Shown here in pieces: positions 22,201 through 25,596 of a stretch of DNA of 36,195 nt. Every line of letters begins with the position of its first letter. Within the stretch, counting starts at the first letter, position 1. Location of the stretch: the NCBI GenBank assembly GCA_013152815.1, contig JAADFO010000030.1:1-36195 (forward strand), read 5' to 3'. A program made the translations under genes and the position numbers. The DNA comes from Nanobdellati archaeon. Its GTDB lineage: Archaea; Nanobdellota; Nanobdellia; Woesearchaeales; JAADFO01. The notes below the pieces were generated by a model. The model saw only the letters and a list, made by a program, of their open reading frames with translations. It had not been told where the DNA came from and searched no databases.

Positions 22201-22603
22201 ACTCAAGGAAGGAAAGTTCCCGACCAGGGCAAAGCCTGCGAAGAGCAAGACAGACACACCAGTGCAGAAGAGGCCTCGGGCGAAGAAGGCACAGGAGACC
22301 AGGCCGGCGAAGGACGTCTTCCGAAGCCTGCAGAACCTTGCGCCGGAAGAGACAGAAGAGAAAGCCTTCAAAGACCTGGAGAAGATAGCAGAGGAAGAGA
22401 CCCGGGCGAGGGAACAGAAAAAGAAGGAAACGAAGAAGCCTGGACAACCCAGGAGACAGACCAAGCAGATGCCTGTCCCAAAGAGAAAAATCCCGCAGAG
22501 GACGAAGAAGACGAGACAGAAGAAGACGCCCAGGAGACCGAAGGCTCCGGGAGCGAAGAAGACCTCCAGGAAGCCGAGGAAGAAACATGCGAAGAAATCC
22601 TAG
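1..22603 (+). CDS. Giant membrane-anchored Ig-repeat surface protein (putative adhesin), 5'-truncated, reconstructed across four apparent frameshifts (~508, ~940, ~1243, ~4016), at least ~7,530 aa
   Basis: Frame 1 is open from base 1 (CYLDQDGKPTC...). Protein-like sequence with the same C-ending codon bias continues across each junction in a new frame: CYYGGS|DCLGKDDIGC, DCESD|PEDSCSG, QPENG|YPLYEID, IGYSI|PTGFTPVS. No separate signal peptide at the internal ORF starts. Ends at TAG 22601-22603. Confidence 0.8.
1326..4160 (+). CDS. Ig-like domain segment of the giant protein (coding frame valid from ~1245 to ~4016)
   Basis: DxxPP-type linkers (DQVPP, DTEPP, DNTAP, DTKPP) and DxxGN motifs as in the downstream ORF. 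The C-terminal ~48 aa look out of frame. Confidence 0.8.
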   Translation: MQCNDELQNPAGTSIISNLNQMALVIHDPQLKDDFNVTQDNEIYSRFWTSSFGSRSADTAGLADGLYWYKLYCTDMAGNLYTGTKSIRVDGDTSTYDPYPKNVIDNEDDKVRLSIRTENQARCKYKLGAVGTGDDVSGETWKNMDEDGTYSATDTDMRFIKDIDLTTDYPDLSSWNTTYVFDVNCTITIGGSTRDSLDQISFTFDQVPPTVNIYDTENKEEPTDIDSWRGDQDIFLECLDSPRHGFGCASVDYCTVRGEGQTCDTAANQGTVENDDLAIFGSSKGIDLPPYPHTFCYRATENTTTNGDPANTATPPTTSLRYGNDHVFGGLSEEKCVYIKVDADRPELFITNLTPDSQSVYATDKIPYTVEGKLIDWSYYMKSGEELQTNNENPDYLEEWTFADFLMRGTITNNANRRNALDILFKDIPSGNKYVARIDQRDNTLKIYKNDLTQPQNILAELDGRDINKDTYDFELKAETKDGVTVFIFDVFDLGKITATIPEDNTFGRVGVRDALDNAELSNLLVLDPSIPVQNNIKWEIAGTNTKDEFDFTTQEIKSADGRTIDVTGTDEGIYTVNIRAYDKGGNMHFSPYSDPGSLREGDWEPYYFYLDTEPPTITSPLPGDGPKHIEYGADMTITAHIKESAANEPAAIVNVSQAILRTSKESVQMVFDDSGNPTDREEGDWTAELDPSIYGLGTYEYSIWTEDEFHHQTSMLYSPADDSGFVIEDNTAPVITLDDPAVESFNKWVSGTSVVTISGTYTELLPVEMNIIVIGEDPQTQYAKIPVSLSGGGSDIPFSQSINLFEGENTIYVEMLDQGEQLRGDDPTESSRLTIYYDTKPPELKGDKPDIQGENAGGGRGTDDHKKFEYGYNITIDATFDDPQWTNIVTEIGYSIRQASPRSATPSPISSTRTTPCITFWNPKKTRPCPTPMTNRSATTPFD
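3980..22603 (+). CDS. Main uninterrupted frame (6207 aa) of the giant surface protein: Ig-like repeats, FN3-like domain, Cys-rich repeats, TSP3-like repeats, TM anchor, basic tail
   Basis: 18.6 kb open frame with strong codon bias, many D-x-x-x-P linkers and D-x-A/L-G-N strands, and hydrophobic helix LLYIILLILLILALLGGGGYIGY at 21782-21850. Confidence 0.95.
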   Translation: MDKHRHRDRVQHPTGFTPVSDTITDFLDQDYSLHHFLESKEDPAMPNTYDQPVGNYTLRLTAKDYYGNTYDQEFPFEVIDTRPPMLTVQIKDNDVAVSTITNGKGSTKYYDVIITSDEPLEDIDRFGFSYGNCNGPFIDAFDKPEMVGQDPYTWSSQIFLINGLTCLEGQEGDADLIIEGADHNGQRFDTTDVENPTFSIDTKGPEPPAFYEYRTAYAPGDAQTYYYVSDANLQVYGFTAEQLSSAGSYRVGINYGKVETADEEAFSTVSAQDNPSTFNGEEVTGEVRTDSPEGSTLLNINEQKTAFFNADTFVGITADHKSDFTYYDIESSVFEQEPYWTSITLAEPLQKDVTTGESVYPFAYQYPTGWFDFPYSYAGEGSLYFFGFAYDPFDNPSEDSSVFRVIYDNTPPAISLEPSDGTISADETSTMTAHLSDTNAGLDCSSLEIRINRSEIFDTSTVVQSCGPDSGACQATSCQDGNDEQQIIIDGSMFDNDGEPGMDEGSYLLEVKIKDNAGNEQVSRSAFVLDSGVTHEPEMHIDGGLTYPEDDRMYVSNLRPTIGIAYTHDVPFLVDLFDAFKLPTDQGLELSIARVDDQTFTIDFNRDLEEAYTFHQDDPTRQTLELHSKKQVDGEWSRPGRHFKDFVIDVTPPVITPDPLDAVNSGTFTLTGSFTDWNIDHIEVYGDDLYMPAEGYTVALDDQVDDHGRFSVDVELYSPTNEQKTVHLKGYDKAGNVGEEASLTFMLDTMEPYVSCDGSTDPVWTNQDQTITITATDSGSGIKAIYYCEAAGCEPYPNGNIHNESDTLVLEYTGHRGELPISFMALDKADNPSGTGMCMVRIDQEVPKTSATTTQADGTTYTEDTWTNQEVMVELASADCEEDSGCAGTFYCDGEGCTPDLLYTGPVVLDEGTHHFRYSSHDQAGNIEEPQELTILIDQSRPSLGQITLSNDNLQYYGPENTLYTNIPALTISGSMDDDGMIIIDTTDAVGSPHTIEVTKDAPFSVDLDFADQGIDWREHNITITGMDKAGNPVSADYQNVVVYSTVAPLITMIDPREVCESGGSDCGYYTNAQDLVLSLETHEIPGGAGSDCEIDPRSNLVNQVQPMATDDHETHTYDGYGTVADNQEFTFIINCKDRLLGNQGQLTGTFLVDQMKPELSLTLDNGKLANAENNLWNLLHRIDSLKQTDIVAKDTSFDSGELDTGKLRCEHSCLPDETHCGDAGYTVPFADGDSYQNEQKETIIFDEDSTDQEYAYAVTCYDKAGNHDTKEIRVLDLVATGEMLVLGTSPADKGFTNENSLVLSANTSQYALCRISFDHGSLQDMDGTTMEHRYPTSADEGAHQAVFDCVSTDSFNAAQKTIDFTVDTIPPSIPVIISTTHPEDTKSSSTSPAFGFTAADETSGIRGYSFDFDRSPNTQPDEVVEPGTSVSYQDVEDGDWYFHVRAIDQAGNAGDTATYHIIIDTTAPEPPVIMVQPKLTNDGNIEILGTTASSDGPVTVQVYIRDEQDNLLDTLTTDSDGSFILDTQLMGDTEHYFITAKADDNLGNALSMASNIEEAWYITQAPKFLSITPSDQTRTCKVDKVVALLERYGTAEISQDSTVTVIDSSGGEMVTDKGVDFRSLEGGEYGQLTFTPAAGTFPDGSYDVSILALDELGNSKTYQSYFEVNEFAPCTGWNITDVMPLNRIHLQDIPSPTNQDTITIAGTLTYEDNSPAENATVIMAVKYDDQAYEEIARQRTDSQGRFSQDYRFSEGEGPYYIYVEAHDVTGSDSDSLTKQVNYVTSAPLFETILPAEGDTLRSVDEITYQILQNDDATLVFHDATDIDLYRQDNSIVQTGKSAMECGVPGCLMGKLTINSPLEDGTYHVRATTADILGNRETYDSPFTIDTDAPEIAFVRPTSQEFADDEVYVVDSSFEIFGKVSSPYPPFSGTVRQNNDPAITLNIYEADGEWLFTNFFTLRDGDNDFVYTITDALGNTATTTVTAHKRPSGYAPSITITSPEEGSTYFQDQVLRGTYTYQEEDLLQLSLYRNGIYEKDIEGFGDGSFSEPISLEEGSNDIRVVATDRWGGTEEDNVVIDYGSGAFPYTIILDPLVSPTNSKNLNVTGTVLSLSNEPAAGITVEVSVDGSTRRTLSDGQGRFSVDTFTLSKSNYEYSITAAAIVGDSIEYYSDLAMESVWHIDTIPPTAMSPDETQSYYEVDHISLMTEEVDGTTSSISNPELVKGGTIYALVETAQGSCGDHCRIFNWDITGGLTEDGRYTFRFDISDGLNSESQTHEFTIDRNALQITFTDPAELEVPPGSTEGIYVTDQHMTLYGKVDGTNVDTPDDISSHDFTRIFTCQDGGVCFTKDVDLIPGTNDITLTATANDGRSGSKTATINLQGTSYNPKITILNPADGSRSFISKIVVSGTYSIDDSLLTDLTLQVDDGNPVSIEHANGAFSHLVSFTDEKPYLITVSMTDKWGTTYQDSVVVTYGGSSADVPLQVTLDPIDSPTNMLPLILTGQVMDTDTDSPAADTLVVLDYDNREDRTTTDQDGRFSFDIPDPEENHHFTFLSYALEGDGFPGGPDTLELWHITRIEDASVYPAVPSDTIYNAVQDIIIQVPQIDGAMVGLADESITLRKDNSALFFTLGSVSRSTDGETATFTVPILDELPTDDYLIDYTLIDSLQNSRTESRPFRIDTQAPVIDVDTPEEFTDPQSKESIDGLYTTENQVTITGTVSGLGIDSPADVTDHNLDHVTDCSGKVCYAKEEQLVPGRNEVTLQVTDSQGRTGKRTLIFLKRPDQYDASITITEPAATQTYYSHTPVRGTYSIPTDDLAGITADLDGTPQDVQYANGHFSFTTDLVEGTNHITVTMTDKWGTTYQDSHEIEYGTATTEVPYDVMLDPLTSPTDHNSVTISGTVRNTDSGTPAEGIAVNIHIDDDLIQTTSGTAGTFSTTYDFPRTDEEYLISAQAVVGDGFTGEPDTTHVWFIRTLPETAIHPNPTDSYNLVDRIIIHADQKDDATLSITGMSLLNQQTLQPYGFLGTAESDCGGQCKSFSTPIDINDPNTMPEGTYELTYIIQDTLQSEQRTSTFTIDRSAPDIDIAQPSVFSDPESKESIDGWYTSIQDLTITGTLSGLGIGDAADVIADNLDSVTDCTQGVCFSKAVTLSSGTQTITLSVTDAQGRTGTRTLTFHLQPTNYNPSIIIQGPESGGTLTKNNLIYGTYTIDDASIDSMAVSVDGTGQEDVEHSNGDFTARITISDTGTSTVTISMTDKWGTTYQDSISLTYGGTDVPYSITLASDTPSPTNAESVLLSGTVADTTTSGPAADIPVQIRYEGQITTTTTATDGTYEKRIALNKDNHQYLFDAVALAGDGFPSEPSNTVKLWHVNRLGDLIIYPDSTTPYNDVSVIKMIGQQIDDATLSIRNPQLLREPSTDIPLGPTTQATCGGQCREFSIPINTPLEEGSYTLTYTVSDTLQDEQRQATFTVDKSTPIITITTPPALTDPGSTTSLTGIYTTEDTMYLEGTIDGLGITDATDIAAHNFDQVFDCGNDICFNTLVALRPGTQEITLTATDPQDRTGLRSFTVHKQPTGFDPEVTIDIPSSSSTFTSNTPVRGSYTLPEDEVETVRLLLNGNEVARPGHSNQEFSGTVTLDSGSNTIRAEVTDKWGDTHIATRTITYGTSQIPYSIILDGLTSPTLLGTITISGTVTDINTGGTAADVLVSIEDDYDRQQTTTGSDGRFSSRFSLPYPDEPYLFSATALIGDGFPGEPATAMLWYINAIPPAVIHPNDQDTYNSADTIILEVQQLDDATISIQSPRLTLDNVLQDIGTITQTSCGPDCRHFEIPVQQALEDGRYDLTYRIDDTLQEETRHHQFTIDHTAPTIGITTPAELADPKSTESINGIYTDQTTMLLNGRLSGIGIDGVEDVKPGHNLGSLFPCSDDPQQVCYNRMVVLDQGTTEVELQATDKDGRQGHRTIIFHRKPSSYAPGVSIATPKGSTFTKTNPLEGTYTVPEDTLVSLSLYLNGAHVKDLEPNQGQFRDSVVLDPDAHPNIITVTATDKWGTTYEDSVSVSYGGGEFPYFLRLDNGLTSPTDQRDITISGTVFDRATGQPAPLVDLLFDADGTEETGTSSPNGRFNFDYSYGAANKKYTFAVSAVVGDGFTSEPAITEAWYVTSIPSMNIYPNSKDSHNTVEQLVLLGTQVDDATLTLDDIQLTRQNNADNDLIRLDKDSLQRFGCSDEDPQCVGFSVDIAPEEQPLPEGQYRITYQLSDTLQSEQRTSTFTIDRTAPRIRFTFPDALSDPASSESINGIYTDQDNIELRGYLLMEGNSQWQDSNIQTIYDCPSGSCFTHQVSLVPGTQTITLSVTDDLDRTGTRTVIVHRKPTGGNSVSITSPSDGITVYFKDVSIEGVFDDPYINHVEVSVNGEVQQDLQNLYGNTFSADVTLTNGSNEIVVREYDQWDEFSQDQITLFYDQSGLSSSLSCPGGNGICFTRAEQITINGNIPSALPVEASLFVENRQGTLEYPLTLAGNDNSFTQSLDLAEGENTLYILATDATTTSQSNELLIIKDTQAPSISLEMIAAGDTIKDQGVTSETPVEVKVAYREDYPGRIHATLNGHILFDDYPASSPLLIEDVPLDSAGDGRKVLVVTMDDLAGNRNTSSSVVYLDTRTPETTITAVTSHDGPVVFRGGIYKTAQDKATIHGSYREEHLEGIFLDDGRTEADINREDSTFTLDVPLRGKAGEEEANNITILTLDQAGHVAETRTRIVRDQAAPAVQITSLPFDGSSYYTQEETPELHVVTDEPATCSITYLPANFTNPYTQAMADSANGIDHDATIEIPLPKETGSDRTSTITIRCVDELGNDQPETEARIVLDDTLPTIGSYGLSQSILLTDEGTRKSYLLVKTPYTEILVDDASEPVRCRYGTTPSFESMTAFPDEAAFKMMKHASDTLQLEDGNEYDYYVQCEDRALRKTGMKQLHIKVNLSKDVWIIDEGPKDYAIGPDVDVWVKTFRNATCSLDTAYEDGNAITDWVKDVFDPATEMSSYLYGPTAGEDCGTISGSGTDTESEQAWGCMGEAMLDNCRPASVSMEFPLQGENGQTINLDYSYRIYGMQEGKCVISLQLVSGDMPEGDLTPAYQEGAWFQCPVDTAAYEQESRNNGQNPEDDLAKFAQNVYFIWAFTHTDPDAGCFGTMGTPDGNLPQDPPGIQGIGQGLVFYHSKTLTGLDDYTTYAFDVTCTDPQNVFDDAAGRISFLVIPELDISLIAPKHGYSTSSIYDAVIGTTRDAECRWDISGVALPFDLKRPFNQTGGRTHTLSQIDWFTPNNQKMHVMCKDTYGYTKEASFGLHHEPFPPTITTAKAEPEEILQTVNNNLQTTLVVETYGKPSLCRYSTTTMNYSQMEHVFEPFDTDNADSYQTTHRALITGLADNGHYEYNVACEGLSGLVSKTMKIRFLTDLERSLQIRFNRPADGESYNRTTQDLNITTNKETLCYYRTEPDGYQMGMENSAQTQHFTRNAVHVSKEGTSTVYVTCYFGEEQADASSSFIVDLSPPERPVITQDNVTRYTDRLTASWTAQDNLSGIGYYEIAIGSASATQDILDWTDVGRDTSRTVHGLNLSDGARYYWFARATDRVGWHGPSAVSTGIRIDTTLPVENNTPSCHDGIRNQGEADIDCGGYLCSSCDINSSCNDDNDCLSGNCKDKSCQEAICKNGRSDAESQESDIDCGGDCDDCSNGKACFHDTDCESRYCDGGTCKESSCSDGLHNGFETDTDCGGGCDLCDIGFGCGGPGDCSSGVCSDGVCKASSCDDGLKNGDETDVDCGGSCDGCSNGDACELNIDCTSGICENSICKTGNGPNETTDTDGDGMPDDWETFYDLNPNDPTDANGDLDKDGLSNLGEYEEHTDPLMTDTDGDTYDDNYELLEGYDPTDPNSKPPGSNLLYIILLILLILALLGGGGYIGYKELYEKKKRPPLKPLVASRRTTAPIRKKAPPRHGPAPSQTRITQAFGMARARRPTARSVLPARKPVLKQPARPKEEWIEVGQLKKKMPEGDKDVLDKLSGLIKTNDVFDELESVTRGLKEGKFPTRAKPAKSKTDTPVQKRPRAKKAQETRPAKDVFRSLQNLAPEETEEKAFKDLEKIAEEETRAREQKKKETKKPGQPRRQTKQMPVPKRKIPQRTKKTRQKKTPRRPKAPGAKKTSRKPRKKHAKKS
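9032..17375 (+). repeat. Seven tandem ~1.19 kb (~398 aa) intragenic super-repeats, each of four Ig-like domains
   Basis: Unit starts (P-Y/L...SPT motif) at 9032, 10241, 11432, 12626, 13820, 15002 and 16190. A TDKWG-type motif recurs once per unit. Confidence 0.9.
20942..21516 (+). repeat. Four ~48 aa Cys-rich repeats C-x-D/N-G...E-x-D-x-D-C-G-G-x-C...C
   Basis: Units start at 20942, 21089, 21239 and 21383 (CHDG, CKNG, CSDG, CDDG), each containing DCGG. Confidence 0.9.
21545..21770 (+). repeat. Thrombospondin type 3-like (DxDxDG) Ca2+-binding repeats next to the membrane anchor
   Basis: DTDGDGMPDDWE, DLDKDGLSNLGE, DTDGDTYDDNYE. Confidence 0.85.
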
Positions 22604-23201
22604 TTCTCCGGCGACGAAACGCCCCCTGAAGAAAAAAGGACAGATCATCGGGCAGATCTTCGTCTATCTCATGGGCATCGTCATCATCGGCATGATCGTG
22701 CTCTACGGCTACAAGGTCATCCTCAACTTCCAGGGCAAGACAGAGGATGTCGCGCTGGTTACCTTCAAGACCACGCTGCAGCGTTCGCTCAGGGAGATGG
22801 CCATCGAATACGGCAGCGTCAAGATGCAGATGCTGACCCTTCCATCTGATTTCAACCGGGTCTGCTTCACCGACATCAACAAGGAAGCAGGCGGTTCGTT
22901 CAGATATGACACAGCACACAGGAAAGCTCAGGGACTCTGCACACCAACAACAAATGATGACTACAACCCCATCGCCTGCAACTACTGGTCTGATGAGGAT
23001 GTGGTGGACAATGTCTTCCTCATCGGTCCTGAGCGGGTGGAACCCATCTTCATCGGCGATGACACCGACAAGGACTTCATCAGAGGCTATTTCACCATCG
23101 ACACCCCCGGGTATCTGTGCGTCAAAGCCAAGAGCGGCCAGATCAAGCTGCGCATGGAAGGCATCGGCAAGGGCGTCCTGCTCTCCACCGGGTGGATATG
23201 A
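22587..23201 (+). CDS. Class III signal peptide (prepilin-like) protein, 204 aa
   Basis: Basic leader KKKG|Q followed by hydrophobic IFVYLMGIVIIGMIVLYGY. Start overlaps the giant gene stop by 17 bp. Confidence 0.85.
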   Translation: MRRNPSSPATKRPLKKKGQIIGQIFVYLMGIVIIGMIVLYGYKVILNFQGKTEDVALVTFKTTLQRSLREMAIEYGSVKMQMLTLPSDFNRVCFTDINKEAGGSFRYDTAHRKAQGLCTPTTNDDYNPIACNYWSDEDVVDNVFLIGPERVEPIFIGDDTDKDFIRGYFTIDTPGYLCVKAKSGQIKLRMEGIGKGVLLSTGWI

Positions 23202-24331
23202 TGAGATTCCGTGACAGCAGAAGAGCAGCCATAGCCATCCAGTTCAACTGGATCTTTGTCATCATCATCGGAGGACTGATAATAACGTTCTTCTATTTCG
23301 CCATCGAGAAGCACCGTGGCGTGGCAGAGATCTCCATCAACACCGAGGTACGGACAAAGCTCCAGACCATACTCACTGCAGGCCAGCAGAGCACCGCAAC
23401 CACCTATGCCATCACCATCCCGAACCAGGAGCTGGAGTTCAGCTGCCAGGGGATCGACATGGGCGGCCTGGCACCGCTCAAGTTCCAGCATGCCTTCGCC
23501 CCCACCCGTCTCAAGTCAGAGAAAGACAGGTTCATCGTCTCTGCCCTGCCGTTCTCCTGGCCCTTCAAGGCGGACAATTTCCTCTATGTCACCAGTCCGG
23601 ACATCAGGTACATCTTCTACAACGATGATGATACGAATGCCAGGCCGAACCTGCTTTCCCTGATGCAGGACAAGGAGAACCCCTCCATGCCAGAGGGGAC
23701 GACCACAGAGATGGTCAATGAGACACCTGCAGGACAGGATTGCACAAGCCTCAGTGATGAGAACAACTATCAGGTCATCTTCGTGTTCTTTGCCAACCCG
23801 ACTGATAATACTGCTACGCTTACCGCCAAACAGAAAAAATGTGCATCAACGTTCGCAGGGATGAACCCGAAAGATGCCAAGGCCATCAAGATCAGGCCCA
23901 TTGCAGGAAGCATCGACGGCAGGGGAGTCATCTACTTCTATCAGATGGACAGCAGCGGAAGGTTCAAGCAGGTAACCGCACCGCCGAATGACGGGCTGCC
24001 CTATCTTGGGCGGGAATCAATCCTGGGCGCCATCATCTCAGGAGACCCTGACATCTTCGAATGCGGCATGAAAGAGGCCCTTGACAGGCTTCAGAGGGTC
24101 ACCTACACCTATGAGAAGGAAGCAAATATCCTTTCGGAGTATCTGAAGAATGAGAATAATTGTTATAGCTATCTGGATGATGCAAAGGCAATCCTCACGA
24201 CATTCGGAGGCCTGGCAGGAGCTGACAACTATCCGGGCAGTGATGAACTGCAATCTTTGTATGGCACCATGAACAGGATAGCGAACAAGAACAAGCTCCT
24301 GGCCCTGCACAGCTGCCCGCTGATCTACTGA
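23198..24331 (+). CDS. Class III signal peptide (prepilin-like) protein, 377 aa
   Basis: Start moved to ATG 23198 (ATGA overlap with the upstream stop). SRRA|AIAIQFNWIFVIIIGGLIITFFYF leader plus hydrophobic helix; several Cys residues. Confidence 0.85.
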   Translation: MMRFRDSRRAAIAIQFNWIFVIIIGGLIITFFYFAIEKHRGVAEISINTEVRTKLQTILTAGQQSTATTYAITIPNQELEFSCQGIDMGGLAPLKFQHAFAPTRLKSEKDRFIVSALPFSWPFKADNFLYVTSPDIRYIFYNDDDTNARPNLLSLMQDKENPSMPEGTTTEMVNETPAGQDCTSLSDENNYQVIFVFFANPTDNTATLTAKQKKCASTFAGMNPKDAKAIKIRPIAGSIDGRGVIYFYQMDSSGRFKQVTAPPNDGLPYLGRESILGAIISGDPDIFECGMKEALDRLQRVTYTYEKEANILSEYLKNENNCYSYLDDAKAILTTFGGLAGADNYPGSDELQSLYGTMNRIANKNKLLALHSCPLIY

Positions 24332-24378
24332 ACAGGAACAGAACAAGAAGAAGGATGCCCTGAAGAAGGACGTAAAAG

Positions 24379-25008
24379 ATGAGACCGAGCAGAAAGCACA
24401 GGAAAGCCCAGATCCAGATGGGCGAGACCATCGTGGTGGTGTTCATCTTCATCATCCTCATCACCTTCGGCATCATCGCCTATGTGAACCAGCAGACATC
24501 GAACATCGACGAGCAGAAGAGCGAACAGAACGGGCTGCGGGCAACAGAGGTCGTCCTCAGGGCGTTGTACCTGCCGGAAATACGATGCAGCTTCGACGAT
24601 GTCCCGGTCCATAACTGCATCGACCTCGGAAAATTGGTTGCATTCATGAACTATGACCCCATCAATGATTCGATAAAGAACCCCAACGGAATACTTCCCG
24701 CAGGCTCCGCCAGCAGGGCATACGACAGGTTCAACGCGAAATCAGGAGAACCCACGCCAGAAAAATACCTTCCTGCCTACTACGACCTGTTCGGCTACGC
24801 CACCATCAACCTTTCCATCGTCATCCCGACGGTGGATGAGAACGTGGTGTTCACCATCTATAAGAACAGACCAGACTGGGCAGAGACGGGGGCCACCCGC
24901 AGGACCTTCATCCCGGTCTCTACCTACAACCCCCGGGAAAAAGAAGGCTACCGCTACGGCTACGGCATCCTCGAGGTCACCTCATACTATGGAGGACAGA
25001 CCGCATGA
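24379..25008 (+). CDS. Class III signal peptide (prepilin-like) protein, 209 aa
   Basis: RKHRKA|QIQMGETIVVVFIFIILITFGIIAY. Confidence 0.88.
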   Translation: MRPSRKHRKAQIQMGETIVVVFIFIILITFGIIAYVNQQTSNIDEQKSEQNGLRATEVVLRALYLPEIRCSFDDVPVHNCIDLGKLVAFMNYDPINDSIKNPNGILPAGSASRAYDRFNAKSGEPTPEKYLPAYYDLFGYATINLSIVIPTVDENVVFTIYKNRPDWAETGATRRTFIPVSTYNPREKEGYRYGYGILEVTSYYGGQTA

Positions 25009-25520
25009 AGAAGGCACAGATGGAGATGATGGGCCTGGTCATCATCGTCATACTCATCACCATGATCTTCCTGTTCGTGGTGAAGTTCGACATCAGCAAA
25101 GAACCCGCAACACAGAGGAAGGACTTCATCCACTCAGAGCTCGCAGCCAACACCCTCAACGCCATCCTCAAGATGGACAGCCGCTGCGACAAGCTCTCCA
25201 TGACCGAACTCTTCCAGGACTGCGGAAGAGGAGCGCCCATGGTCGGAAAGACAAAGGTGCAATGTGATAACACCGGAAGTCCGCAGGATTCCTGCCTGGC
25301 AATCAACAGCACGGTCCTTGCCATCCTCAACCAGACCCTGTTCATGCAACAGATCAGCTATAACTTCACGGTAAAGTCCACCACTGAGCCAGACCAGAAC
25401 TATCTGACGCTCAGCCAGGTCCACAGGGGAGACTCCTGCAGCAAGTCACGCAAGACAGAGGTCTATCCCATCCCCCTCGACCCGAAGACCATGTTCGTCC
25501 GGCTGGAGATATGCAGCTGA
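25005..25520 (+). CDS. Class III signal peptide (prepilin-like) protein, 171 aa
   Basis: MKKA|QMEMMGLVIIVILITMIFLF; ATGA overlap; GGAGGA just upstream; six Cys. Confidence 0.88.
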   Translation: MKKAQMEMMGLVIIVILITMIFLFVVKFDISKEPATQRKDFIHSELAANTLNAILKMDSRCDKLSMTELFQDCGRGAPMVGKTKVQCDNTGSPQDSCLAINSTVLAILNQTLFMQQISYNFTVKSTTEPDQNYLTLSQVHRGDSCSKSRKTEVYPIPLDPKTMFVRLEICS

Positions 25521-25564
25521 GAGGCAGGAAGCTGAAAGAAGCGACCGCAAGAAAGAAGGACAGG

Positions 25565-25588
25565 AAAAAAGAGAAAGAAAAGAAAAAA
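25565..25588 (-). terminator. Oligo(T)-rich archaeal-type terminator of hppA
   Basis: Minus strand reads as runs of T separated by C just after the hppA stop, in a convergent intergenic gap. Confidence 0.55.
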
Positions 25589-25596
25589 TATAGGTT

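Noticed and set aside
23117..23197. Longer ORF-track starts for the 377 aa pilin-like gene (also coaD, coaE, pyrF and the DUF4013-like gene)
   Set aside because: The extensions mostly overlap upstream genes and lack family-like sequence. Internal ATGs give stop/start overlaps, SD motifs or family-typical N-termini.
1..25520. Diversity-generating retroelement acting on the surface genes
   Set aside because: No reverse transcriptase and no TR/VR pair differing only at adenines was seen in the window.
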